Counted from the first letter of the stretch, positions 36,561 through 46,214 are shown. The stretch: 54,558 nucleotides of DNA from an uncultured bacterium (GCA_903872035.1 CAIQIZ010000018.1:1-54558); one strand, 5' to 3'. Translations and numbers: made by a program. Notes: generated by a model from the sequence alone, not told the origin.

Positions 36561-36682
36561 CAACCTCATTCAAAAAAAAGGAGGATAATTTCATTTTCTA
36601 CAAATCAGCAAAAGTATTCGTCCCGCTCTATGAACAATATATTAGATCGATTCAGAAACACATGAATGGTAATGTAAAATAG
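36553..36682 (+). pseudogene. Internally deleted, frameshifted HEPN/HepT-like toxin remnant
   Basis: ATG overlaps the MNT stop. MLNNLIQKK, an A8 run, then EDNFIFYKSAKVFVPLYEQYIRSIQKHM in the next frame; no R-x4-6-H motif. Confidence 0.55.
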
Positions 36683-36775
36683 TTTTCTCCGGGATTTTGG
36701 TTGACGACAATTTCAATCTGCACCTATTGCAATCATCATCAACTCCAATCAATATTGATTTGAATCAAATTCAAT

Positions 36776-37372
36776 TTAGCTCGCGTTGTAAATACTCATC
36801 GCCTTCTCTCTGTTTTCTTTGACGATGACTTCGATCGCTTCAAAGGCCTTCTTCGAGACCTTCTTCAAGGCCTTCAATTCCTCATCTTTGAATGGTCCAA
36901 GAATGAATTTTTCGATCTTCTCGTCGCCATGAATGGGTTTGGCGTTTCCTTTGGCATTCTCCGGAGCCGTGCCGATCCGCAAGCGTAAGAAACCTTCAGT
37001 CTTGACCGCTTTGATGACTGATTCCAATCCATTGTGACCACCTGAACTTCTATTGAAAGCGACCTTCATTCGTCCCAACGGCAACGCGAAATCATCGTAA
37101 ATCACGATCAATTTTTCGGCGGCTTTCTTGCTTCTGACCAATTGACCGACGGTCTTTCCGGAAAGATTCATGAAAGTATCAGGCGCGATCATAATCATCT
37201 TTTCCCTGCCTATCTTCCCCTCTGAAACATCGGCATTTATTTTCTTATTGAATTTGAAATCATCGGCGCCAAGCTCTTTGCGTACATGCTCCAAGACCAT
37301 CCGTCCAGTGTTGTGACGAGTGTCTACATATTCTTCTCCCGGGTTCCCCAGACCGACGATGATGTATGGCAT
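36776..37372 (-). CDS. pth: Peptidyl-tRNA hydrolase
   Basis: IVGLGNPG..Y..TRHN, TFMNLSG and GGHNGL motifs; start moved to 37372. Confidence 0.96.
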   Translation of the reverse strand: MPYIIVGLGNPGEEYVDTRHNTGRMVLEHVRKELGADDFKFNKKINADVSEGKIGREKMIMIAPDTFMNLSGKTVGQLVRSKKAAEKLIVIYDDFALPLGRMKVAFNRSSGGHNGLESVIKAVKTEGFLRLRIGTAPENAKGNAKPIHGDEKIEKFILGPFKDEELKALKKVSKKAFEAIEVIVKENREKAMSIYNAS

Positions 37373-37414
37373 ATTGGTGGTGTAAAAGATACCATAAGTA
37401 TCGTCAACGTGCAC

Positions 37415-37939
37415 TTAAAAATATCCAAAGAAATGGAAGGCAAAAATTATAAAGATAATGGCCACTACAATCCACACACTAAAAAATGAAATGATTATCC
37501 TCTTCATCCACTTACCAGCGTTATCGTATCCCGTTCCAATATCAGTTTGCTTAAGAGGAAGAAATTTAAACGAGAGATTATTTGTGTTCGAAATACCCAC
37601 CAGTTCATTGTATAGATTAGACCCATTATCACTTAGTACATAAACTCCTGTCGGTACAGTTTTATCATTATGGTGAATTCGAACCGAACCCATTTCTTTT
37701 ATATATTCAAAAGATTCGATTGAAATGTAAGGGAGGGTGTAAACCTTATCTGTAAAAACCGACAACCTGTCTGGATAAAATACTATTTTTCCGAATGGAT
37801 ATTGAGAGAAATCCAAACCATCATCTCCAGGAAAACTCAAAAAGTGATTACTATTAAATATTTGACCCTGATAAATATGGTCGAGATTATTGGGAGATAT
37901 AACTACACCTATCTTTTTTTCTAGTATTGCTTGTTCCAT
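37415..37939 (-). CDS. Hypothetical protein with a C-terminal TM
   Basis: 174-aa ORF, visibly AT-richer than its neighbours. Confidence 0.65.
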   Translation of the reverse strand: MEQAILEKKIGVVISPNNLDHIYQGQIFNSNHFLSFPGDDGLDFSQYPFGKIVFYPDRLSVFTDKVYTLPYISIESFEYIKEMGSVRIHHNDKTVPTGVYVLSDNGSNLYNELVGISNTNNLSFKFLPLKQTDIGTGYDNAGKWMKRIIISFFSVWIVVAIIFIIFAFHFFGYF

Positions 37940-37957
37940 ATCTGTAATACCCTAACA

Positions 37958-38536
37958 TTAGAAACCTGAACATGTCTCTATTAATACCGATGAATGGTCA
38001 TCGAATTGCCTATACAAACCTGTAGAATGCTTACCCCACGGCTTACCACCGTCACTGTCTGTAGATATGAATATCTTATGTGCTTTACTAACTGTCGCGG
38101 CGCACGTCTTCTCAACTTCTGCGCCAAATGTTTGGCCTAAATTAATCGCTCCTCCCATTTCAAATTTTTTATCTAAAACAGTTCCCGTCTTTATTACATC
38201 AAGGCAGCTTTGCTTGAACTCATTGTTATGCGACCCAGTGTCTTTGCTAGGTGTCATTGGTATTTTTTCGCAGATAGAAGCATCGTTATTATATATCGCA
38301 ACTAGGCTTGCGCAGCCAGGCAACATAAAATCACCGGCACTTCCACATGTCTTATCAAATGAAATATCTCCTGACACAGCCGTTTGCATCGGAACGTCTT
38401 GGCTCACAGCTAGTGAAGTAGGTGACGCAGTTCGATTGCTTTTTGAATAATAGAAGTATATACCTCCACCTATTACCAATAAAACAACAAATACCACTAA
38501 TAATTGTGCAACAAAACCTCTATTAGATTTATTCAT
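37958..38536 (-). CDS. Hypothetical membrane-anchored Cys-containing protein (prepilin-like RG|F leader)
   Basis: MNKSNRGFVAQLLVVFVVLLVIGGG; start moved to 38536 (TATAAT upstream). Confidence 0.7.
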   Translation of the reverse strand: MNKSNRGFVAQLLVVFVVLLVIGGGIYFYYSKSNRTASPTSLAVSQDVPMQTAVSGDISFDKTCGSAGDFMLPGCASLVAIYNNDASICEKIPMTPSKDTGSHNNEFKQSCLDVIKTGTVLDKKFEMGGAINLGQTFGAEVEKTCAATVSKAHKIFISTDSDGGKPWGKHSTGLYRQFDDHSSVLIETCSGF

Positions 38537-38703
38537 GATGGAATTATTATACCTCACCGACTATTGAAAAAGAATCAAACCTGTGGACAAGAATAGATCG
38601 TGATGAATATATTTCTCGTCTAATATAGCCCGAGGACACGTAATTCAATTCCAATTCAAAAAAATTTGCTTTAATCGTTTTTTTGCGCTATATTATCGGA
38701 ATT

Positions 38704-39300
38704 ATGGAGCCTGATAACGCAGAAATCAAACCAGAATCTAGCTCCTTCGGTAAGTCAGTATGGGAATGGGTCAAGGTCATCATCATCGCCTTGGCCATCT
38801 CTCTCCCTGTCCGTTTCTTCATCGCCGAACCATTCGTGGTCAATGGCGCGTCAATGGATCCGACCTTCGCCACTGGCCAATTTTTGATCGTCGATCGCCT
38901 GACTTATCGATTGGAATCGCCAAAACGTGGCGATGTCATCGTCTTTGAATACCCAGAAAATCCAAGTGTTTACTACATAAAACGGATCATTGGCTTACCG
39001 ACTGAAACGGTGAATCTAAAAGACGGTATCGTCTCTATCACAACCGCTAGCACGACGACAACCGCTCCACAAACTACGACATTGAACGAACCTTACATCG
39101 CAGATATTCACGCATCTCATGACACATTCCACGTAGTTCTCGGTAAGTCAGAATATTTCGTCATGGGAGACAATCGCGCCCAGAGCTCCGACTCGCGCGT
39201 TTGGGGACCGCTCGATACGCGCTTCATCATCGGTCGTCCGATCGTCAGGCTTTTCCCTTTGAATACTCTCTCCATATTGCCGGGCAAGGAGAACCAATAA
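38704..39300 (+). CDS. lepB: Signal peptidase I
   Basis: GASMDPT (Ser), YYIKRIIG (Lys) and VMGDNRAQSSDSR motifs. Confidence 0.95.
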   Translation: MEPDNAEIKPESSSFGKSVWEWVKVIIIALAISLPVRFFIAEPFVVNGASMDPTFATGQFLIVDRLTYRLESPKRGDVIVFEYPENPSVYYIKRIIGLPTETVNLKDGIVSITTASTTTTAPQTTTLNEPYIADIHASHDTFHVVLGKSEYFVMGDNRAQSSDSRVWGPLDTRFIIGRPIVRLFPLNTLSILPGKENQ

Positions 39301-39304
39301 TAAA

Positions 39305-40573
39305 ATGGACGACAACAGATCAAAATCAGCCAACTCGAAATACATCGCCTACGATCACTTAGACAAGATCGGCGAGGTGGCCGTCTATTATGGATTTACC
39401 CCGAGCAAGAGCCCCGTCGTAACCAAAGAAGACCTCGTCGCCGCCAAGGACATCATGGAGGGAGATTACGTGGACGACAATACAGAGGAACATGGACATT
39501 TACCTCTTCATGTCGAAGAGAAGATCGCCCTCATCAGGACTTATGAAGAGGCTCACATGCATCTTTTGCCTCAGCCTGTGCTTCTATATTTCAAGGATCC
39601 TTGCAAGAATAAGTTGAAGAAGTGCCAAACTCGTTACGCAGACCTGGAGATCATGGGTCTTTCTGGCTCTATCGCTGAAGCCACACTCATTCAGGCCGCT
39701 CGAGCCATGCTCTCGCTCGAGGGATACGACAATACTCTAGTGGAGATCAATTCTATAGGCGACAAGGATTCGGCTACACGATTCGTCCGCGAACTCACCT
39801 CCTATTATCGAGCCAACCTCAATGAGATGACGCCTGAATGCCGTCAGCTACTGAAGGACGACCCGTTCGAGCTGCTCGCTTCGCACGATGAATCTTGCAA
39901 AGCATTAAATGCTGGTGCTCCGCGCGCCCTCGATTTCCTTTCTGAAGATAGCCGGCACCATCTGGAAGAAGTCCTTGAATATCTGGAGACCCTGAAGATA
40001 CCCTATGCCCTGAATAACGGCCTACTCGGAAATCGTAAATATTGTACCGAAACCATCTTCACTATCGTCAACGCTGGCGGAGTCGATCTGGTCCCAGGCA
40101 AACAGATCCAAACTGAAAAGAAATCGGCTCATCAGCAGATTCTGGCCGTCGGTGTCCGTTACAATGGACTGTCCAAGCGTCTAGGAATGAAGCGTGATAT
40201 CCAAGGAGTCGGTATTTCCATTTTAGTGAAGAAGAGCAGGAACGGCTTACGTAAGCCCGTGAGCAAACTCAAACGTCCGATCGCCTCCTTCGTACAGCTC
40301 GGCCTGGAATCAAAATTATTATCACTGGAGATCATCGAGCGTCTCCGCCAAGCCAAGATCCCTCTATATCTATCCTTGGCCAAAGATCGCCTCGGCGCTC
40401 AAGTCTCCTGCGTAGAAAGATTCCATACTCCCTACGTCATCGTCATGGGCAAAAAAGAAGCCGTCGAGCGCACAGCCATCGTCCGCCGGAATGATACTCA
40501 CGCCCAAGACATCATTCCACTAGAAGACTTGCCTGAGTATATGAAGAAGATAGAGAAGGGATTGAACCGATAA
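39305..40573 (+). CDS. Histidyl-tRNA-synthetase-like protein with degenerate catalytic motifs
   Basis: HisRS layout (VYYGF, IEINSIGD, GVRYNGL, GVGISI, C-terminal anticodon-binding domain); motif 2 and RGLDYY are not recognisable. Confidence 0.75.
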   Translation: MDDNRSKSANSKYIAYDHLDKIGEVAVYYGFTPSKSPVVTKEDLVAAKDIMEGDYVDDNTEEHGHLPLHVEEKIALIRTYEEAHMHLLPQPVLLYFKDPCKNKLKKCQTRYADLEIMGLSGSIAEATLIQAARAMLSLEGYDNTLVEINSIGDKDSATRFVRELTSYYRANLNEMTPECRQLLKDDPFELLASHDESCKALNAGAPRALDFLSEDSRHHLEEVLEYLETLKIPYALNNGLLGNRKYCTETIFTIVNAGGVDLVPGKQIQTEKKSAHQQILAVGVRYNGLSKRLGMKRDIQGVGISILVKKSRNGLRKPVSKLKRPIASFVQLGLESKLLSLEIIERLRQAKIPLYLSLAKDRLGAQVSCVERFHTPYVIVMGKKEAVERTAIVRRNDTHAQDIIPLEDLPEYMKKIEKGLNR

Positions 40574-40627
40574 ATTCTAAATTCGAATATCGAAATCCTA
40601 AACAAATCAGAAATTAGAAATCACAAA
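40572..40627. repeat. Degenerate 7-bp array (AAATTCG family)
   Basis: AAATTCT AAATTCG AATATCG AAATCCT...; inverted partner at 41452-41523. Confidence 0.8.
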
Positions 40628-40992
40628 CCAGAAGATGACTTCTGGAGAATGGATCCGAAGATTTTCATTAACTCCGTAGCCTCTTGAATAAGCGGACTCT
40701 TTAAGAGCGACCCGTCTCTAGAATTTGTCTCCACTAATTCGAGCCAATATAAGCTCTCCTTCGCTTCTTTCTTCGATATCTTGATCCTCATAAGAAAATC
40801 TTTCTTTCCAAGTGATTCATTGGCTTCGATGTAATTCGCGCCGATTGATGCAGAAGATCTGATTAATTGGCTCGTGTACTGCATATTTGATATCGTTCTG
40901 GGCAAGCTTTTAACAAAATCCCGAATCTCTTTGGAGAATTCTAGAGTTCGCTTTTCGAGGTCATAGGTTGGTTTGATAATATGACTAGTCAT
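40621..40992 (-). CDS. Four-helix-bundle protein (IVS/Avd-like family)
   Basis: DLEKRT..FS, QLIRSSASIGANYIEA and KEAKESLYWLEL motifs. Confidence 0.92.
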   Translation of the reverse strand: MTSHIIKPTYDLEKRTLEFSKEIRDFVKSLPRTISNMQYTSQLIRSSASIGANYIEANESLGKKDFLMRIKISKKEAKESLYWLELVETNSRDGSLLKSPLIQEATELMKIFGSILQKSSSGL

Positions 40993-41014
40993 GAATGAAC
41001 TGATTATAAACTAA

Positions 41015-41416
41015 TTAATCTGACAAAACAGGTAGGTGTAAAATTATGTGCCTGTGGCTCTTATAAAATTCAATCGGTAATCGCGAATTATCAGATTTGA
41101 CTTCTCTAGAGAGACGCTCGAATTCAGGAGCAATTCTGCAAACAATTTCCTTGAAATCTCCTTTCAATTGAGAAGTAGCATATAAGCCACCACTAATCGT
41201 CTTGATTGGCAGGCTATAGACATTCTCGTCCTGACCCTCTTCAATTTTCACACAAGCACAGTATTCACAAGTCACCGAATCATATGTCGCATAAAACTTG
41301 TACCCTTTTAAAGGAACAATCTCTTCAAGTCGCTTGAAGGCATCTGATTGACTCGGATTCCCAATCGAGCTTGTAAAGGCAACTTTTATCGGTTCAAGAT
41401 TTACTACTGCAACCAT
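41015..41416 (-). CDS. GyrI-like small-molecule-binding domain protein
   Basis: YCACV, ISGGLYA and RLPIEFY pattern. Confidence 0.7.
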   Translation of the reverse strand: MVAVVNLEPIKVAFTSSIGNPSQSDAFKRLEEIVPLKGYKFYATYDSVTCEYCACVKIEEGQDENVYSLPIKTISGGLYATSQLKGDFKEIVCRIAPEFERLSREVKSDNSRLPIEFYKSHRHIILHLPVLSD

Positions 41417-41451
41417 GCGTAAATGCTATCAGGTTAGCCTTTAATTGTCAT

Positions 41452-41523
41452 TTCAAATTTGTATCGAATTTCGATATTCTGATTTCGTGCTTCTTTAGTA
41501 TTTCGATATTCGTATTTCGTATT
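41452..41523. repeat. Degenerate 7-bp array (AAATTCG family, inverted)
   Basis: The reverse complement of 41494-41511 matches 40585-40602 at 17 of 18 nt. Confidence 0.8.
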
Positions 41524-41570
41524 TTCTCCGAATATTGCAGATATAATAGAAATATGGTAAGTTGAACACC

Positions 41571-41819
41571 ATGATCAATGTAGAAGTAACTAGGAATCCC
41601 GGAGAGAACGCTATGGGCGTAGTGCGCCGTTTTAGCCGTAAAGTCCAAGGCTCTGGCATCATTCCGCGCGTAAGAAGCCTCCGTTCCAGTGGCCGCGTCC
41701 AATCGCATTACAAGGTCAAACAACGAGCCTTGACGCTCATCAAGCGCCGAGAAGATATGGCTGAGCTCATAAAGCTAGGCAAGGCTCCTATAAAACCGGA
41801 ACGCGGCGGACACAAATAG
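41571..41819 (+). CDS. rpsU: Divergent 30S ribosomal protein S21-like protein
   Basis: MINVEV....EN...VRRFSRKVQGSG basic small protein next to ybeY. Confidence 0.6.
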   Translation: MINVEVTRNPGENAMGVVRRFSRKVQGSGIIPRVRSLRSSGRVQSHYKVKQRALTLIKRREDMAELIKLGKAPIKPERGGHK

Positions 41820-41830
41820 AATCGCGGGAA

Positions 41831-42211
41831 ATGGCTACATTCTCCCTAGTGAATGAGATCAAATCGAAACTGCCTTCGATTGATTTTCATTCAATGAAAA
41901 CCGCCGTTCTCGGTACCAAATATGATCTGTCACTGATCATCGTCGAAACAGCTCGGATGAAGAAACTGAATACGATCTACCGCGACAAGGAAACGGCTAC
42001 CGATATCCTAAGTTTTCCTCTTACTGAAACTGAGGGCGAAATATATATATCGCCAGATCAGGCGAAGATCGAAGCAAAGAAGTTTGGACGCCCATACGAG
42101 AATTTCTTGGCTTTTCTCTTTATCCACGGATGTGTCCATTTGAAAGGATACGACCATGGGAGTACAATGGAACGTATCGAACAAAAGATTCGCGACAAAT
42201 TCAAAATTTGA
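41831..42211 (+). CDS. ybeY: rRNA maturation RNase YbeY
   Basis: YRDK..ATDILSF and HGCVHLKGYDH motifs. Confidence 0.93.
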   Translation: MATFSLVNEIKSKLPSIDFHSMKTAVLGTKYDLSLIIVETARMKKLNTIYRDKETATDILSFPLTETEGEIYISPDQAKIEAKKFGRPYENFLAFLFIHGCVHLKGYDHGSTMERIEQKIRDKFKI

Positions 42212-42224
42212 GGCGTTAGTTGCA

Positions 42225-42302
42225 AGTTGAAAAGTTATAAAGTTCATAAAGTCTAAACTTGATAAACTTTCTAACTTGATAAACTTTCTAACTTTATAAC
42301 TT
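42225..42302. repeat. AAAGTT/AACTTT 8-9-bp array with inverted halves
   Basis: 13-bp inverted repeat 42232-42244 / 42290-42302; 17-bp tandem at 42256-42289. Confidence 0.75.
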
Positions 42303-42306
42303 ATTC

Positions 42307-43488
42307 ATGGCACGAAATATAATAACAGGAATTGACGTCGGCAGTTACTACATAAAGGTAGTCATCGCCACAACCAAAGAAAAGACCGAGCGCGGCTTGC
42401 CGAAGATCATCGGCGCCGCCATGACCGAGTCACGCGGGCTGCGACACGGCTATGTGACGAACCTACGAGATGTGGCTGATTCTATCAAGAGAGCCGTGGC
42501 CAGTGCCGAGGAAAAAGCCGGGATCAAAGTCAAAAAAGCCTTCGTCGGCATATCAGGTATCGGTTTATCAGCTACAACAGTCTCCAGTTTCGTAATGACT
42601 TCCCGGGCCGATGCAGAGATCACTGCTCTCGACTTGGCCAAGCTCCATGAGCAAGCCGAGAAAGACCTACCTCCAGCCATTTCCGCCAACCGCCGGACAA
42701 TATTTGATATACCTTTGCAATATAAGATCGATGGTTTCCCCTCTCTGGGCTCTCCTGAAGGAATGAAAGGAAACAAATTAGAGAAGAAGACTCTGTTTGT
42801 CACCTGCCTAGACCATCATGTGGCCGACCTTGTGAGCGCCGTAAACGATGCCGGGATCGAAGTAGAAGATATCATGGCCGCTCCGATCGCTGCTGGCTTC
42901 GTCACCCTTTCCAAATCTCAAAAAGTCGCTGGTTGTGTCTTGGCTAACATTGGAGCTGAGACTGTTTCCATTACCGTCTTCGAAAACAATATTCCTATAT
43001 CTCTGGAAGTCTTCCCTATCGGTTCTACCGACATCACCAATGACATCGCCCTAGGTCTCAAGGTTCCCTTGGAAGAAGCTGAGCAGATCAAGATCGGAGC
43101 TATCACTGGCAGCTCTTATCCCCGCAAGAAGCTGGAAGAGATCGTCAGTGCCCGCCTTTCAGATATATTTGAACTGATCGAATCCCATTTAAAGAAAATC
43201 AACCGTAACGGCCTATTACCCGCCGGCATCGTCATCACTGGTGGCGGTTCTGGTCTAAGTTCTATAGACGATATCGCCAAGGTCGCCCTCAAGCTTCCGT
43301 CACGTATCGGCAACATAGGCGTCTTGGACGGCAAGAGCTCATTTAAAGATGCTACTTGGGCGGTGGCTTACGGACTATGTATCTGGGGAGCACATGCTGA
43401 TGAAGGACCAGAGATAGACAATTCCCTACGATTCGTCAAACAAGCTTCGAAAGCCGTGACTAGGTGGTTCAAGCAATTCTTACCCTAA
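42307..43488 (+). CDS. ftsA: Cell division protein FtsA
   Basis: GIDVGS, NIGAETVS, ITNDIALGL and VITGGGS motifs. Confidence 0.93.
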   Translation: MARNIITGIDVGSYYIKVVIATTKEKTERGLPKIIGAAMTESRGLRHGYVTNLRDVADSIKRAVASAEEKAGIKVKKAFVGISGIGLSATTVSSFVMTSRADAEITALDLAKLHEQAEKDLPPAISANRRTIFDIPLQYKIDGFPSLGSPEGMKGNKLEKKTLFVTCLDHHVADLVSAVNDAGIEVEDIMAAPIAAGFVTLSKSQKVAGCVLANIGAETVSITVFENNIPISLEVFPIGSTDITNDIALGLKVPLEEAEQIKIGAITGSSYPRKKLEEIVSARLSDIFELIESHLKKINRNGLLPAGIVITGGGSGLSSIDDIAKVALKLPSRIGNIGVLDGKSSFKDATWAVAYGLCIWGAHADEGPEIDNSLRFVKQASKAVTRWFKQFLP

Positions 43489-43491
43489 TCC

Positions 43492-44052
43492 ATGGTTCTC
43501 CCCGGACATTTGGCAGGTGGATATCTAGCAACCACAGCGTTGCTCCTTTTGACTCATAGCTCGCTTCCAACATCACAGATGACTGCTTTACTCATCATTG
43601 GAACCTTGGCTGGCGAATTACCGGACATAGACTTGATCCCGTTCTACTTGGCGAACCTCCGAAACTCACCCAATGTTCACAGTCACCGGACATATTTCAC
43701 ACACGCGCCAGCTTTCTGGTTGATTGTCTCACTTGTAATAGCTGCGGCCGGTTTGATATTCAAATCGTCATTCGTTGAATATCTCGGCCTCGTCATTCTG
43801 GCAGGAACCTGGTCTCACCTCATCTTGGATTCGATCGAGGACGGCGTCATGTGGCTATGGCCTTTTACAAAGCGCTGCTTCGCCTTGGGAAAGGTCACCG
43901 GCTTCGATCCAAAGGAATATGGCGGCCCAGATCGTGCCGGTTCGATAAAGTTTCACCTTAAATTCATCTATAAAGTCTATATGCGCGAGCGCGTGTCGTT
44001 CTATATAGAGATTGTAATTACAGTCATCGCATTGCTTTTGATACTAAAATAG
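43492..44052 (+). CDS. Membrane metal-dependent hydrolase (YdjM-like)
   Basis: GH, LPDID, HRTYFTH and SHLILD motifs. Confidence 0.8.
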   Translation: MVLPGHLAGGYLATTALLLLTHSSLPTSQMTALLIIGTLAGELPDIDLIPFYLANLRNSPNVHSHRTYFTHAPAFWLIVSLVIAAAGLIFKSSFVEYLGLVILAGTWSHLILDSIEDGVMWLWPFTKRCFALGKVTGFDPKEYGGPDRAGSIKFHLKFIYKVYMRERVSFYIEIVITVIALLLILK

Positions 44053-44063
44053 AAACTCACCCA

Positions 44064-44780
44064 ATGAACTTTCAAGGGCAAAATTCTACAGATGCTTTCC
44101 ATGGAAAAAGCCAAAGCAAAGCTATGCAGTCGCTTTACAAAGATTCAGTTCCCCTGTTTGCACAAATAATCAGAAATAATCTAAAGCCCAGCAAATATAC
44201 GCTAGTTGATTTCGGCGGCCATAAAGGCGAGCTGGTATCAGAACTTTTGTCCGCATTGCCGGAGTATGAATTTGATTCGACTATTATCGATAAGGGCGAG
44301 GGAATGGAAGCGGGAGTAAATGCTAAAAAGATTGTCGGAGATATCATCAACAACAGCCTACCAGATAAGAGTGCAGATCTGGTTCTTTTGAGATATGTGC
44401 TCCCTTGGGATGCCTATGAAAATCAGAAGCTCATATTGAATGAGGTAAAAAGGGTTTGTAAGACCATAGCCATAATCCAGCACCAAGGAGCACCTAGCGA
44501 TAATCCGAAACCATTACAGGAGGCGTCCTTGCGGCTATGGAGCGGACTTGTACCGACATTAAAAAGAGATCATGGTTATTTCACTGAAGCGACTAAGATA
44601 GAAAAATGGATGCAGGAGTTGGGCATGAATTTCGAGAAAGTCGAAGAAAAATACGTGGAAACCTTGTCTGAAATGTTCACCGAAAAGTTCCATCTAAATG
44701 CGCAGGAAGCAGCAGCAACTAAAGATATTCTGAAGGGATGTGACGGAATATCAATAACTACTTGGATTATTCACGCCTAA
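44064..44780 (+). CDS. Class I SAM-dependent methyltransferase
   Basis: VDFGGHKG motif I and DLVLLRYVL. Confidence 0.75.
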   Translation: MNFQGQNSTDAFHGKSQSKAMQSLYKDSVPLFAQIIRNNLKPSKYTLVDFGGHKGELVSELLSALPEYEFDSTIIDKGEGMEAGVNAKKIVGDIINNSLPDKSADLVLLRYVLPWDAYENQKLILNEVKRVCKTIAIIQHQGAPSDNPKPLQEASLRLWSGLVPTLKRDHGYFTEATKIEKWMQELGMNFEKVEEKYVETLSEMFTEKFHLNAQEAAATKDILKGCDGISITTWIIHA

Positions 44781-44796
44781 TTACAACTAAACTATC

Positions 44797-44822
44797 GGGG
44801 AACTTGCCCAACTCCCCTTTTT
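44797..44822 (+). terminator. Intrinsic terminator
   Basis: GGGGA/TCCCC stem plus T run. Confidence 0.5.
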
Positions 44823-44966
44823 GATTTGTACTTAAATCGAGCTTTTACCTCTGCTTGTATTCAAAACCTCCTGTGGTAATATAACCACCAAAGCCCTGCA
44901 CACAAGTACGTCGGTCTGCGATAGTCCCGACTTTTAGATTTTTAATCTTTAACTTTTACTTTTTCA

Positions 44967-46214
44967 ATGCCCAACATCACTCCCGATATCGAAGCTTTCG
45001 CTCGCATCAAAGTCCTTGGTGTGGGCGGTTCCGGCATGAACGCGGTCAACCACATGATCTTGAGCAAGGTCCGCGGCGTGGACTTCATGGCCATCAACAC
45101 CGATTCACAGGATCTTCATCGATCCCAGGCCAAGAAGCGCATCAATATCGGCAAGAATCTGACTCGCGGCCTAGGAACTGGCATGAACCCAGATCTCGGA
45201 CGTCGCGCTGTCGAAGAGAACAAAGAGGAGATCCAGGAAGCAGTGAAAGGTGCCGACATGGTCTTCGTCACTTGTGGACTTGGAGGTGGCACCGGTAGCG
45301 GCGCTAGCCCAACCGTGGCTCGCACTGCCAAAGAGCTCGGCTGTCTCACCGTGGCCGTCGTCACCAAGCCTTTCTATTTCGAAGGACGCCAACGTTCACG
45401 AATAGCCGAAGCGGCTCTTGAGGACCTGCGCAAGGAAGTCGATGCTATCATCGTCATCCCCAACGATCGCTTGCTCGCTGCTATCAATAAAGAGACCACC
45501 GTCAAGAATGCTTTCGCCATGTGCGATGAGATACTACGCCAAGCTGTCGAAGGTATATCAGACCTCATAACCACACCCGGTCTCATCAACATAGACTTCG
45601 CTGATATCCGAACCGTCATGGAAAATGCTGGTTCTGCGCTCATGGGCATCGGATCGGCCTCCGGAGAGAACCGTGCTATAGAAGCGGCCAAGAACGCTAT
45701 CAATTCCCCACTTTTGGATGTTTCAATTGCCGGTGCCAAAGGTGTGCTCTTCTCCATTGCTGGAGGCGAAGACTTAACAATGTTCGAGATCCAAGACGCC
45801 GCCAAAGTCATCACCGAGTCCATCGACCCCGAAGCCAAGATCATCTTTGGTACAGTCAAAGACGACAAGCTCAAGAAAAATGAGATCAAGATCACTGTTA
45901 TCGCCACCGGTTTTCCCGAGGGCGTCTCCGCTGCGGCTTCCCGCCCGACCACACCTGGTATATCTACTACTCCACAACGGGCTTCCCCGGCACAGCAAGC
46001 CGAATCAGCCATCGCCGCCATGATGCGTGGTAGCCCCAAAGAAAAAGACAAAGAACGAGGCAAGATCTACAATGCGCCGCTGGAACCGCGCCGTGAACCG
46101 ACTTTGGTTGAACAACCCAAATCTGTCGATATCAAAAAGCCTGAGACTACCAAAGACGACGACGATGATTGGGGTGCTATACCGGCTTTTCTACGGAGGA
46201 GTAAGTTGAAGTAA
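44967..46214 (+). CDS. ftsZ: Cell division protein FtsZ
   Basis: [22 protein letters not shown] and a C-terminal IPAFLRR core. Confidence 0.98.
   Translation: MPNITPDIEAFARIKVLGVGGSGMNAVNHMILSKVRGVDFMAINTDSQDLHRSQAKKRINIGKNLTRGLGTGMNPDLGRRAVEENKEEIQEAVKGADMVFVTCGLGGGTGSGASPTVARTAKELGCLTVAVVTKPFYFEGRQRSRIAEAALEDLRKEVDAIIVIPNDRLLAAINKETTVKNAFAMCDEILRQAVEGISDLITTPGLINIDFADIRTVMENAGSALMGIGSASGENRAIEAAKNAINSPLLDVSIAGAKGVLFSIAGGEDLTMFEIQDAAKVITESIDPEAKIIFGTVKDDKLKKNEIKITVIATGFPEGVSAAASRPTTPGISTTPQRASPAQQAESAIAAMMRGSPKEKDKERGKIYNAPLEPRREPTLVEQPKSVDIKKPETTKDDDDDWGAIPAFLRRSKLK

Noticed and set aside
39305-40573. Assigning hisS or hisZ
   Set aside because: Catalytic motifs are too degenerate for hisS, and the retained anticodon domain and lack of his genes argue against hisZ.
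40621-40992. Diversity-generating retroelement, given the Avd-like protein
   Set aside because: No reverse transcriptase and no template/variable repeat pair in the window.
41448-41723. 91-aa ORF
   Set aside because: Antisense to the S21-like gene, ending in a translation of the heptamer array.
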